DNA from: Christensenella sp. UBA5489 | Lineage (GTDB): Bacteria; Bacillota; Clostridia; Christensenellales; UBA1242 | NCBI GenBank assembly: GCA_002424095.1 | Contig: DIPL01000013.1 | Location: 15,765 to 66,328 of the forward strand | Length of the DNA: 50,564 nt | Direction: 5' to 3' | In this document: piece after piece, positions 10,364 through 22,638 of the stretch | Position numbering within the stretch: position 1 is the stretch's first letter | Layout: each line of letters opens with the position of its first letter | Made by a program: the position numbers and the translations under genes | The notes under the pieces: model-generated | Seen by the model: the letters and a program-made list of their open reading frames with translations, nothing else | The model's database searches: none | What the model was told of the DNA's origin: nothing

Positions 10364-12007
10364 TTAATTTTTTGGAATATATGACTTAAAGTGTTGCTCA
10401 ATTTCTTTGAGGTCAAGTCTTTTATAGAGCGGTGCTATGTTACTGCTTAATTTTATTTCTTTATTAAAATAATACGGCTCAAAATTGTTTTCATCAGTTC
10501 CTAAAAAGTTGAAAACTTTTTTAGTCCCACGTGTGATAATTGGAGCGAGAAGGGTTGTGGTGTTTGTTACCAACGTTAGAATATCAAATAATTGCTGACG
10601 GCATTTTCCTTCGTCCGTGTTAATTGTAATCCACGGTTGATAAATATTAAATTGTTTATTTGAAAACGCCACTAATGCCATAATTTCTTTAACCGCTAAA
10701 TTAATTTTTCCAGCCTCATAGAAACCAGCAACATTTTTAAATGTCTTTTCAATATTTTCTTTCACATCTGCACTTAATTTTTGCTGCAACAAAGTTCCGT
10801 TAAACTTGCTTTTCACAAAACTCAAACTTCTATTAACCAAATTTCCCCAATTATTAATAACCTCGCCATTTACAGTATTGACAAAGTCGGAAAAAGAAAA
10901 ATTCACATCTTTTTTATCGTTAATAGTTTTTGCAAAATAATATCTTAAAAAGTCAGAGTCTATAATTTTAACGAATTCTTTTACAGTCAAATAAGTGCCG
11001 CCGCTTTTTGAAATTTTCTTTCCTTCCAAAGTTACATATTCGGCAGAAACAATAATATCAGGCAAGTGGAATTGTTGACTGTTTCCCAAAAGCAATGCAG
11101 GAAAAATCAATGTATGAAAAGGAATGTTATCTTTTGCGTGTATATAATAATGAATTGCGTTTGCATTTTTCCAAAAATCATCAAAATTTAAACCTGCGGA
11201 ATCACAATAAACTTTTGATGCTGAAAGGTATCCAAGAACATTTTCCGCCCAATTATATATCACTTTTTCTTTATCGTCGCTATCTGGCATAGGCACGCCC
11301 CAGTTTAAGTTGCGTGTGATTGCTCTTTCTCTAAGACCCTCATCAAAATATCTTTGAGTCATATTGACTGCATTAAGCATCCAACGCCCTTTGCGTTTGT
11401 TGAAAAATTCATAAAGTTTATCTTTTAAAAGTGGCAAATTTAAGTATTTTTGCGTTGTTTCTCGTGGTATTGGTGTATGAGCACAAATGCTGCATTTTGG
11501 TTCAAGCAAATCTTCTGGTTCTAAAATTTTTCCGCAGGAATCGCACGAGTCGCCTTTTGCACTAGCCTTGCAATAAGGGCAGTTGCCGACAACATAACGG
11601 TCGGGCAAAAATCTATGACAATCTTCGCAATAGAGTTGAGATATTTTTTTGTCAGTTACAAAACCGCTTTTATATAAATCTCTATGAAAATCTTGCACAA
11701 ATGCAATATGTCGCTTGTCCGTTGTTTTGAAAAAATTATTGAAACTAAAATCGGTTTCATTAAAGACATCGACAAATTTTTCGTGGAAATGGTCTGAAAT
11801 TGATTGAGGTTTTACCCCTTCTTTTTGCGCTTGAATTGAAGTTGGCGTGCCGAAACAATCGCTACCACTCACAAAGCAAACATCGTCTTTTTTAAGTCTG
11901 AAATATCTTGCAATTATATCGGCTGGAAGACTTGAACCAAAATTACCTAAATGCAATTCGCCGTTTGAATATGGCCACGACATTCCTATTACAATTTTTC
12001 TATTCAT
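10364..12007 (-). CDS. metG: methionine--tRNA ligase, MetRS2-like (two zinc knuckles, no C-terminal dimerisation domain)
   Basis: WPYSNGELHLGN, SGSDCFGTP, four CxxC pairs, AKDNIPFH, KISKS. Confidence 0.93.
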   Translation of the reverse strand: MNRKIVIGMSWPYSNGELHLGNFGSSLPADIIARYFRLKKDDVCFVSGSDCFGTPTSIQAQKEGVKPQSISDHFHEKFVDVFNETDFSFNNFFKTTDKRHIAFVQDFHRDLYKSGFVTDKKISQLYCEDCHRFLPDRYVVGNCPYCKASAKGDSCDSCGKILEPEDLLEPKCSICAHTPIPRETTQKYLNLPLLKDKLYEFFNKRKGRWMLNAVNMTQRYFDEGLRERAITRNLNWGVPMPDSDDKEKVIYNWAENVLGYLSASKVYCDSAGLNFDDFWKNANAIHYYIHAKDNIPFHTLIFPALLLGNSQQFHLPDIIVSAEYVTLEGKKISKSGGTYLTVKEFVKIIDSDFLRYYFAKTINDKKDVNFSFSDFVNTVNGEVINNWGNLVNRSLSFVKSKFNGTLLQQKLSADVKENIEKTFKNVAGFYEAGKINLAVKEIMALVAFSNKQFNIYQPWITINTDEGKCRQQLFDILTLVTNTTTLLAPIITRGTKKVFNFLGTDENNFEPYYFNKEIKLSSNIAPLYKRLDLKEIEQHFKSYIPKN

Positions 12008-12232
12008 TTATTACCCCTTAAAGTAAAAATTATTTGATTGCTTTATTTGAATAATAATTTCAGATAATTCATTTCAAATAATTTTAAATACAGTTTTTCA
12101 ATGCATAATGCTAGCAAGTGCGTTTTTGTTTTTTATCATTTTAACTAACTTTATAATTAAAGTCTATTCTTTAATAAATTTTATAATTCGATATTATAAA
12201 CTGTTTTATTATATAATAAAATTAATAATTAT

Positions 12233-14857
12233 TTATTCAACTTCGCCAGTTTCTTCTATATTGCCATCGTTGGTTTCTTCTTCATCACTCTCGCTTAAAG
12301 TTTTGGCTACACCAATAAGTTTTGCATCATTTTTAAGTCTCATAACTTTTACGCCTTGACTAACACGTCCAACAAGGCTTAGTTCTTTTACTGGCGTTCT
12401 TATCATAATTCCATTATCGGCAATAAGCATTAAATCTTCATTTTCTTCCGCTTGAATAAGACTGATGATTTTTCCTGTCTTGTCATTAAATATGCCGGCT
12501 TTCACGCCTTTTGCTCCACGTGCGGTTAATCTAAATTCATCGACAGGAGTTTTTTTGCCATATCCATTTTCTGAAATTGTTATGATTTGATTGCCTTTTT
12601 TAATTATAGACATTGCAATTATATATTGGTCGTCAGCAATTCTCATACTTTTCACACCTTGTGCTGTGCGTCCCATTGGACGAACACCGTTTTCATTAAA
12701 GCGTACGCATCGTCCAGCGCTGGAAGCAATTATGATTTCATCGTTTGGCTTTGTAAATCCAACACCAATAAGTTCGTCGTTCTCAGCAAGTTTTATTGCA
12801 ATTTTCCCGTTTTGGCGAATGCTTAAAAATTCGCTAACCGAAGTTTTTTTGATTAAACCGTTTTTAGTTGCCATAATCAAAAAACAATTTTTCGTATTTT
12901 CTTTTTTCTCTATATCATCTGGTTTATCTTTTTCCGTATCATCAACTGGAATTACTGCTGAAATTGTTTCGCCCTGAGAGAGTTGTAAAAGATTTACTAT
13001 TGCTCGTCCCTTTGCCTGTCTTGACGCTTCTGGAACTTCATACGCTTTTATGCGATATACTTTCCCTTTATTTGAAAATAAAAGTAAACTTGAATGTGTG
13101 CTAGTGATATATATATTTTCGACAAAATCTTCTTCTTTCGTCTTATGTGCAGTTATACCGACACCGCCTCGACGTTGTGCTTTATATTCATCCATAGGAA
13201 TGCGTTTTATATAACCACGGTGAGTCATTGAAATAACAACTTCTTCTTCTTTGATAAAATCTATTTCATCGGTGCTAACGCCTTGTGAAATTTCGGTTTT
13301 TCTTGGATTGCCATAACTGAGTTTCACTTGTTCCAAATCGTTTCGAATTATTTGCAAAACTCTTGTTGGATTGGAAAGGATATCTTTTAATTCGGCAATT
13401 GTTTTTTCAAGCATATCAAGTTCTTCGTTAAGTTTATCAACTTCCAAATTTGTAAGCCTTGCAAGTTTCATTTCAAGAATTGCGTTTGCTTGTTTTTCGC
13501 TTAATTCAAAATTATCCATAAGTTTTGCTTGTGCATCAGCACGGTCTTTTGATGTTTTGATAATTTTGATAACTTCATCGATATTTGCAAGTGCAATTAC
13601 AAGTCCACGGACAATATGTTCACGTTCTTCGGCTTTATTCAATTCAAATTGCGTTTTTCTCTTTAAAACATCTTTTTGATGTTCAAGATAATGATAAAGC
13701 ATTTCTTTAAGATTTACTAATTTTGGCTCGCCGTTGACAAGTGCAAGGAAAATAATTCCACTTCCCATTTGAAGTTGCGTGTGCTTATAAAGTAAATTCA
13801 AAACAACATTCGCATCGGCATCTTTTTTAATATCAACAACCACACGCATACCATCACGGTCAGATTCTTCACGTATATCAGAAATGCCTGTAATTCTTTT
13901 ATTTTTCACAAGGTCGGCCATTTGAATTATAAATTTTGATTTATTGACTTGATATGGAAGTTCTGTTATGACAATTCTTTGGCGGTTACCTTCTTCTTCA
14001 ATTTCAGCACGGCCACGTACAATTATTCCGCCTCGCCCTGTTTTATAAGCATGCTTAACCGAAGCACGTCCCATAATTATACCGCCCGTTGGATAGTCAG
14101 GAGCAGGAATAATTTTTACAAGTTCATCAATTTCAATATCAGGATTATCTATTAAAGCCTGTACGCCGTTCACAACTTCTATTAAGTTGTGCGGTGGAAT
14201 GTTAGTTGCCATTCCAACTGCAATACCATCTGCACCGTTGACAAGTAAGTTAGGAAATTTTGCAGGCAAAACACATGGTTGCATAAGTGTTTCATCGAAG
14301 TTTGGATAAAAATCAACTGTGTTTTTATCTATATCTTTAAGCATTTCGCTCGCAATTTTTGAAAGACGTGCTTCTGTATATCTTTGTGCCGCAGGGCTAT
14401 CGCCGTCAACTGAACCAAAGTTACCGTGCCCATCAACAAGAGGTTCTCTGATTGAAAAATCTTGTGCGAGACGTACGAGTGCATCGTAAACAGAAGAGTC
14501 GCCGTGCGGATGATATTTACCCATAACTTCGCCGACAATTCTAGCACACTTTTTATAAGGCTTATCGCTGAAATTTCCAAGTTCGCCCATTGAAAATAAA
14601 ATTCGTCTATGAACAGGCTTTAAACCATCACGAACATCGGGAATTGCACGAGAAACATTGACCGCCATTGCATAGGCAATAAAAGATTTTTTAAGTTCGT
14701 CGCTAACATCAATTTTATGGACGACTGTATTCTCAAACAATTTATCTAGTTCTTTTTTTCTCTCTTCTTGTTTACTTAATTTCGTGCTGGCAGAACTTTT
14801 TTTATTTTCAGAGTTAAAATTGCCATTTGAATTTTTTGAATTATCGTTATTGTCCAT
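12233..14857 (-). CDS. gyrA: DNA gyrase subunit A
   Basis: RAIPDVRDGLKPVHRR, YHPHGDSS, AAQRYTEAR, GyrA-box QRRGGVG. Confidence 0.97.
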   Translation of the reverse strand: MDNNDNSKNSNGNFNSENKKSSASTKLSKQEERKKELDKLFENTVVHKIDVSDELKKSFIAYAMAVNVSRAIPDVRDGLKPVHRRILFSMGELGNFSDKPYKKCARIVGEVMGKYHPHGDSSVYDALVRLAQDFSIREPLVDGHGNFGSVDGDSPAAQRYTEARLSKIASEMLKDIDKNTVDFYPNFDETLMQPCVLPAKFPNLLVNGADGIAVGMATNIPPHNLIEVVNGVQALIDNPDIEIDELVKIIPAPDYPTGGIIMGRASVKHAYKTGRGGIIVRGRAEIEEEGNRQRIVITELPYQVNKSKFIIQMADLVKNKRITGISDIREESDRDGMRVVVDIKKDADANVVLNLLYKHTQLQMGSGIIFLALVNGEPKLVNLKEMLYHYLEHQKDVLKRKTQFELNKAEEREHIVRGLVIALANIDEVIKIIKTSKDRADAQAKLMDNFELSEKQANAILEMKLARLTNLEVDKLNEELDMLEKTIAELKDILSNPTRVLQIIRNDLEQVKLSYGNPRKTEISQGVSTDEIDFIKEEEVVISMTHRGYIKRIPMDEYKAQRRGGVGITAHKTKEEDFVENIYITSTHSSLLLFSNKGKVYRIKAYEVPEASRQAKGRAIVNLLQLSQGETISAVIPVDDTEKDKPDDIEKKENTKNCFLIMATKNGLIKKTSVSEFLSIRQNGKIAIKLAENDELIGVGFTKPNDEIIIASSAGRCVRFNENGVRPMGRTAQGVKSMRIADDQYIIAMSIIKKGNQIITISENGYGKKTPVDEFRLTARGAKGVKAGIFNDKTGKIISLIQAEENEDLMLIADNGIMIRTPVKELSLVGRVSQGVKVMRLKNDAKLIGVAKTLSESDEEETNDGNIEETGEVE

Positions 14858-15116
14858 TTATTTCTCCTTAACTTTCTTGATTAAACTTTTGATTTGATTT
14901 ATATAACCGCATAATATGAACGGTGCGTAAGATTAATATTCATTTTTTCATTTAAACTGCCAAGCACAAAGCATAAGACTTTTGCAATTTCTTGCGAATT
15001 GTGTTTGTGCGTTATAATTTTAATTAATTTTATTTTTTAAAATACAAGTTATCTTTTACTGCATTTTTAATTGCTTTTTTAACTTTAAATTGTTTTTAAA
15101 TTAAATTCCACAAACC

Positions 15117-17036
<1,920 letters not shown>

Positions 17037-17257
17037 CTATTTATTCTTAAATATTTGAATTTTAAATTCAAATTGTTATTGTAAAATTTCTATGTATATA
17101 TAAAGTTAATATAATATACATAAGTATTATTAGTATAATATAAAAACGACAAAAAGTAAAGCGAAACTTGAAAGGAACAAACGCAAACAGAGCATTTTAT
17201 TAAATTATTTGTCAATGAATGTCATATTATGAAAATATAAATATAGTATGAAAAATC

Positions 17258-17286
17258 TTGACAAAATTTTTTTAATTAACTATAAT
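17258..17286 (+). promoter_or_regulatory. consensus sigma-A promoter of valS
   Basis: TTGACA-17nt-TATAAT; about 100-nt AT-rich leader with no T-box motif visible. Confidence 0.8.
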
Positions 17287-17393
17287 TCTTTTTAAGTTTT
17301 ACATCTCTCGATGAGATAAATAATTTATTGATATAATTAAATTATTCAAATTAAATTTGATAGAATAAAACAAAATTTTCAGGAGAAATCCAA

Positions 17394-19817
17394 ATGCAAA
17401 AAAAATATGATTTTAGAGAATGCGAAATAAAGTGGCAAAATTATTGGGAGAATGAAGAAATTTATAAGTTTGACAAAAACTCTTCAAAGCCCTTATTTTC
17501 GGTCGATACGCCACCTGTTACAATAAGCGGAACAATACATATCGGACATATTTTTTCTTTTACGCAGGCTGAATTTATGGTACGCTATAAAAGAATGACT
17601 GGATTTAATGTCTTTTATCCGTTTGGATTTGATGATAATGGATTGCCAACTGAAAGACTTGTTGAAAAAGAAAGAAAAATAAAAGCGCATCAGTTGCCAC
17701 GTGAAGAATTCAACCGCATTTGTTTGGAAGTTTTGGGAAAATATCGCAAAGATTTTAAAGAGGTTTTCGCTCGTCTTGGGGACAGTGCCGACTGGAATTT
17801 GCTTTATTCCACAATTGAACCACGTGTTCAGCGAATAGGACAACTTTCTTTTTTGCGTCTTGCAAAAGAAAAAAATGCTTATTATGGAGACAAGCCCGCC
17901 ATTTGGTGTCCTGAATGTCAAGTTTCAATTGCACAAGCGGAACTCGACAGTAAAGAAATTGAATCATATTTTAACTATTTATATTTTCAAATTTCCGATG
18001 CTAAACCCGGAAAATCAAAAGAAGAAAATTCAATTAAAATTGCAACAACACGCCCTGAGTTTTTGTGCGCGTGTGTTTGTGTTTTTGTAAATCCAAAGGA
18101 TAAAAGATATAAAAATTTTATTGGGAAAAAGGTTATTGTTCCTTTATATGATTTTGAAGTTGAAGTTAAAGGCGATGAAAAAGTTGATATGCAAAAAGGG
18201 ACTGGTGCCGTTATGTGTTGTACGTTCGGCGATGAAACAGACCTTGAATGGCAACAAAAATATAATTTGCCGATTAAAAATGCAATTAATGATAATGGAA
18301 CAATGACTTCGCTGGCAGGAGCATTTGCAGGCAAAAAAACTGAAACAGCACGTAAAGAAATAATTGAAGAATTAAAGGCACAAGGAATTCTTTATAAACA
18401 GGAAAAAATTATGCACGCCGTTGCAGTTCACGAACGTTGTGGCGTGCCGATGGAAATTAAATTTAAAAAACAATGGTTTATTGATATATTGACAAAGAAA
18501 CAAGAATTTTTAGATTTAGGAGAAAAAATTAAGTGGCATCCATCTTTTATGAAGAACCGATATATTAACTGGGTTGAGAATTTAAGTCACGACTGGTGCA
18601 TTTCAAGACAAAGATATTTTGGTATACCGATTCCTGTTTGGTATTGTGCTGATTGTGGAGAAATCATTTTTGCCGAAGAAAGCCAGTTACCGTGTAATCC
18701 TATGACAACAAAGCCGACACAAAGTGCGTGCAGTAAATGCGGTTCAAAAAACATTATACCTGAAACCGATGTTTTTGATACGTGGCAAACTTCATCCGTT
18801 ACACCGTTTATCAACAGTCATTGGGGCGCTGAAAATGATGTAACTGCTGAATTTTTACCTATGAGTTTTCGACCGCATGCACATGACATAATCCGTACTT
18901 GGGATTTTTATACGATTGTTAAATCATACTATCACACTGCCGAAGTGCCATGGAAAAATTTGATGATTTCGGGCTTTATAATGGCAGATAAGGAAAACAA
19001 AATCAGTAAAAGTAAGGCAAATTCATCAAAATTCTCTGCAATTGAAGTTTTAAATCAAAAATCCGCCGATGTAACACGATATTGGGCAAGCACGGGAAGT
19101 CTTGGACGTGATATTGTTGTAAGTGATGAAGAGTTTATAATTGGTGCAAAACTTATAAATAAAATTTGGAACGTTTCAAAGTTTGTACTTTCATTTTTGC
19201 AAGACTATGGAAATAAAAAAGTTTCAATTTTAAAAATTGACCAATGGATAATTGCAAGATTTAATGCTATGCAAAAGCAATTTAAAGCATATTTTGAAAA
19301 ATATGAAATTGGCTTGGCACGTGCCGAACTTGAAAAATTCTTTTGGAATTTTTGTGATAATTATGTTGAAATTGCAAAACGTCGTCTTTACAATCCTGAT
19401 ATTTATGGCGAAAAAGCCACAGAAAGTGCAAAGCAAACTTGCTTTTTAGTGCTTAAAGAAATGCTTAAATTGTGGGCAATTTATTTGCCACATATAACAG
19501 AAGAAATATATAAGAATTTCTTTGAAAAATATGAAGGAGAAAAATCAATACACTTAACTCAAATTTCCGAAATCAATGAAAAGACCGAAGATGAAATTAT
19601 TCCACAAGGAGATGAAGTTGTTGAAATTGTGGCGGCGGTTCGTAGATTTAAAAGCGAAAATAATCTATCACTCAAAGAGGAAATTAATAAACTTATAATT
19701 ATTGATTATAGTGAACATATTTGTGATTTTGAAATCGATATTAAAGCAGTGTGTTCGGTTAAAGAAATTTTATATAAAACAGAGTTAGGTAAAAAACGCA
19801 TTGAGATTAAAAATTAA
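17394..19817 (+). CDS. valS: valine--tRNA ligase, short archaeal-like (type 2) form
   Basis: DTPPVTISGTIHIGH, FDDNGLPTE, ATTRPE, GTGAVMCCTFGD, DWCISRQR, KISKS; 807 aa with no C-terminal coiled coil. Confidence 0.93.
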   Translation: MQKKYDFRECEIKWQNYWENEEIYKFDKNSSKPLFSVDTPPVTISGTIHIGHIFSFTQAEFMVRYKRMTGFNVFYPFGFDDNGLPTERLVEKERKIKAHQLPREEFNRICLEVLGKYRKDFKEVFARLGDSADWNLLYSTIEPRVQRIGQLSFLRLAKEKNAYYGDKPAIWCPECQVSIAQAELDSKEIESYFNYLYFQISDAKPGKSKEENSIKIATTRPEFLCACVCVFVNPKDKRYKNFIGKKVIVPLYDFEVEVKGDEKVDMQKGTGAVMCCTFGDETDLEWQQKYNLPIKNAINDNGTMTSLAGAFAGKKTETARKEIIEELKAQGILYKQEKIMHAVAVHERCGVPMEIKFKKQWFIDILTKKQEFLDLGEKIKWHPSFMKNRYINWVENLSHDWCISRQRYFGIPIPVWYCADCGEIIFAEESQLPCNPMTTKPTQSACSKCGSKNIIPETDVFDTWQTSSVTPFINSHWGAENDVTAEFLPMSFRPHAHDIIRTWDFYTIVKSYYHTAEVPWKNLMISGFIMADKENKISKSKANSSKFSAIEVLNQKSADVTRYWASTGSLGRDIVVSDEEFIIGAKLINKIWNVSKFVLSFLQDYGNKKVSILKIDQWIIARFNAMQKQFKAYFEKYEIGLARAELEKFFWNFCDNYVEIAKRRLYNPDIYGEKATESAKQTCFLVLKEMLKLWAIYLPHITEEIYKNFFEKYEGEKSIHLTQISEINEKTEDEIIPQGDEVVEIVAAVRRFKSENNLSLKEEINKLIIIDYSEHICDFEIDIKAVCSVKEILYKTELGKKRIEIKN

Positions 19818-19944
19818 ATCAATCAAAAATTAGCATTGTGAAATTAAAAAAGATGCTGGAAATATTTGTATTTAATAATAACAACATACACGAAAATATT
19901 TATTTGATTGAATAAATTTTATTTCAATTTTTTAAGGGGGCTTT

Positions 19945-20544
19945 ATGGAATCCTACGTAATAAACTTATATGGCGCACCAGGAACAGGAAAGTCAACTTT
20001 GGCGGCCGAACTTTTCGCTGAACTTAAAAAAAAGAACATTTCAACTGAAATAACGTTGGAATTTGCAAAAGAATTGGTTTATAGTGAAGATAAACGACTT
20101 CTTTGCGACCAATTAATTGTGTTAGCGGAGCAGTATCGCAGAATTTTCGTTTTAAACAAAAAAGTTGATTTTATTATTACCGACTCGCCAGTTTTGCTAT
20201 CAATTTTTTATAATCGCCGAAACGGAAGTTATCATGACCCGTTTTTTACAGAAATTGCTTTACAGGCGCACGAAAAGTTTAATAATATAAATTTTTTACT
20301 CGAAAGAGATTTTGGTTATAATTCACAGGGACGAAACGAAAATGAGCAAGAAGCGGAAGTAATTCAAAGTGGAATTAAAAACTTTTTTCAGCAAAAAAAG
20401 ATAGATTTCATTCAAATTGAACCTTATAATGCTATTGAACAAATTATGAAACATATAAAATATATTTCCAAGAAACGCAATTTTGATTTTTTAGCACAAA
20501 ACATAAAACAGATTTCGCTACCAGTAGCAACAGAAATTAATTGA
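19945..20544 (+). CDS. P-loop kinase/ATPase, AAA_28 / NadR-like (phage-type) family
   Basis: VINLYGAPGTGKST, EFAKELVY, IITDSPVLLS, YNSQGRNENEQEA. Confidence 0.75.
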   Translation: MESYVINLYGAPGTGKSTLAAELFAELKKKNISTEITLEFAKELVYSEDKRLLCDQLIVLAEQYRRIFVLNKKVDFIITDSPVLLSIFYNRRNGSYHDPFFTEIALQAHEKFNNINFLLERDFGYNSQGRNENEQEAEVIQSGIKNFFQQKKIDFIQIEPYNAIEQIMKHIKYISKKRNFDFLAQNIKQISLPVATEIN

Positions 20545-20639
20545 TTAAATCAAATAACTTAAATTTTTATTATAATAACGATATAATTAAAGAATAATAA
20601 TTTTAAAAAAGCACATTTTAAAGCAAAGAGAGGTTTTGT

Positions 20640-21260
20640 ATGAAACTTATTGTTTTGCTTTTAGGTGCGCTTTTTATTTTGATTCTTTTCAACGTTGGCG
20701 AAAGTAATTTGCGAAACAATAGAATTCAGAAATCTTATGCTTTGTTGCTCATTGCCATTGAAATTTTCTCATTATTACTACCTATTTATCAAATTACAGG
20801 AATTAATTTTACAGTCAGCGGTTTTGTTATTCCTGCGATTATATCTATTTTGTTTCTTGGTGAAATAAAAAACAAAAAATATTTGACAAAAGTTATAATT
20901 TCATTTCTTTCGGTTGTTTTTTTAATGCAACTTTTATTTCTTATCCAACATTATGCCGTAATTGAAATTGGGCAACTTGGTTGGATTGTTTTAAGCCTAG
21001 CACTTGCTCTTGTTTCGCTCATTATTTGTCGCTATCCAAAACAGGCATTTATTTCACTTTTTTGGGGAATTGCTTTTTCTCAAATTACTTTTAATTATAC
21101 GCATTTTTCCACTTCGGAGTTAACGGATTCAATGATTTTAGGCAACGAAACAATGTTTCTCGGACTTGTTGTCGGAAGTGTTTTTATGTTGCTTTGCTAT
21201 AATGTTTTTTATTCAGTTAAGAGAAGACGTCAGGCAAAGATTTTTTTGCAAAATCAATAA
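20640..21260 (+). CDS. hypothetical integral membrane protein (about 7 TM)
   Basis: 206 aa, very hydrophobic, GAGG RBS, basic C-terminus. Confidence 0.8.
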   Translation: MKLIVLLLGALFILILFNVGESNLRNNRIQKSYALLLIAIEIFSLLLPIYQITGINFTVSGFVIPAIISILFLGEIKNKKYLTKVIISFLSVVFLMQLLFLIQHYAVIEIGQLGWIVLSLALALVSLIICRYPKQAFISLFWGIAFSQITFNYTHFSTSELTDSMILGNETMFLGLVVGSVFMLLCYNVFYSVKRRRQAKIFLQNQ

Positions 21261-21261
21261 A

Positions 21262-22071
21262 TTACATTCCTTTTTCAGGCTCCGCAGGTTGTCTTGTGCT
21301 TCCTTTTGGAGATGTGATTCTTGTAAAGTGATTTTCTTGCAGGCTTTCTTCGGTTAAATTTATTTCAGAAGTAGAATTTGTGTAACCGTGAGAAATTTGT
21401 GTAGAAGTTTGCTCTTTTGGCATATAGTCAGCAAGAGAAATATCTCCCTGCTTAATATTTACCGCCAATTGGTACATATTTTTAAGACTATACATAATTT
21501 TTTTCTGTGCGCAAATTCCCATCATTTCATTTTTTGTAATCGGACAACTTGCTTTTTGCGGTTCTGCTAAAATGGGAACCATAACTCTATCAACTATAAT
21601 ATTATTTTTCCCTTCATAAGAAAAGTTGAAAGATACGGCTTTCATTATACGTTCTTTATTACGTAATGCACTTACTCTCAAAATACGTTTTCGTCCCTCG
21701 GCACTTCTGAACATTAGTCCGTTAAAGCAAACAATCATAGAAGCGAAATCATTGAAGAATAAACAATTTTTATCAATTATGAATTCAGTTTTTGGAGTTT
21801 CAAACTCTTTCTCGCTATTATTATCATAGTATTCTCTTGTGCCGTTTTTCATACTTGTTTCAAGTGCATTCAAGGTTTTTACACTGCCGTCCTCATTAAG
21901 AAAATCAAAATGAAATTCAACAAAACCGCCCAAATGGATTGACAGTCTTGAATGAGGCTTTCCATTGATTAAACGTGTAACAGCCCAAACTCCGTTCAAG
22001 TAACCAGCAGATTCTCTTGCATTGACGGCGCATATATAATTTCCTGTTTTTTCTTTAAAATTAATGTACAT
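21262..22071 (-). CDS. hypothetical protein (orphan, disordered tail ending AEPEKGM)
   Basis: 269-aa ORF with AAAGGA RBS. Confidence 0.8.
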   Translation of the reverse strand: MYINFKEKTGNYICAVNARESAGYLNGVWAVTRLINGKPHSRLSIHLGGFVEFHFDFLNEDGSVKTLNALETSMKNGTREYYDNNSEKEFETPKTEFIIDKNCLFFNDFASMIVCFNGLMFRSAEGRKRILRVSALRNKERIMKAVSFNFSYEGKNNIIVDRVMVPILAEPQKASCPITKNEMMGICAQKKIMYSLKNMYQLAVNIKQGDISLADYMPKEQTSTQISHGYTNSTSEINLTEESLQENHFTRITSPKGSTRQPAEPEKGM

Positions 22072-22253
22072 AAATTTCCTTTTTTAGATTATGTTTGCGA
22101 CTGATTAATGTTTTTAATCCGCTTGTTTTTTTATTTTTTTGCTAGACACAATATTTTTTTTTCGACTGGCATAGTTTGCATTTATTTAAGCACGATGGTT
22201 TTTCGCTGTGGCTGTTTTGACCATGCCTTTTTAGTGCAATTAAGTTGGTTTAA

Positions 22254-22282
22254 AAGATACCACAGAATTAGAGTTTTGTCAA
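22254..22282 (-). promoter_or_regulatory. sigma-A promoter for ORF 21262..22071 (long leader)
   Basis: minus strand TTGACA-17nt-TATCTT with TG extension. Confidence 0.55.
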
Positions 22283-22638
22283 TTTATAAATTATTTATAA
22301 ACACAAAATCTTAAATTAAAATCAACTTTTTAAATAATAAGAATTCATATAACTTTTTTTATAATAACTGTATATATAATATGAAAAAATAATTTTGACT
22401 GTTTAAATATAGTTCAAGTTTTTATATAAAGTTTGATACAAGATTTTAATCTTGTATTTTTTATTTTTAAATCAACACAAATCTTATAAAAAAACAGCAA
22501 AAAATGCCGAGAAAAAATTGTGCAATATGAACAAAAAACGCATTTGTGGATTTACAAAAATTAAGAATTATGATACATTGCATTAAGTAAATGACATTAC
22601 AAAGCACCTGAAAAATTAATTTATTTGTAGGAGAACTT

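Noticed and set aside
22140-22185. GCAAACTAT...GAAA...GTCTA resemblance to a c-di-GMP-I riboswitch (minus strand)
   Set aside because: The P2/P3 stems and the second GCAAA motif cannot be formed.
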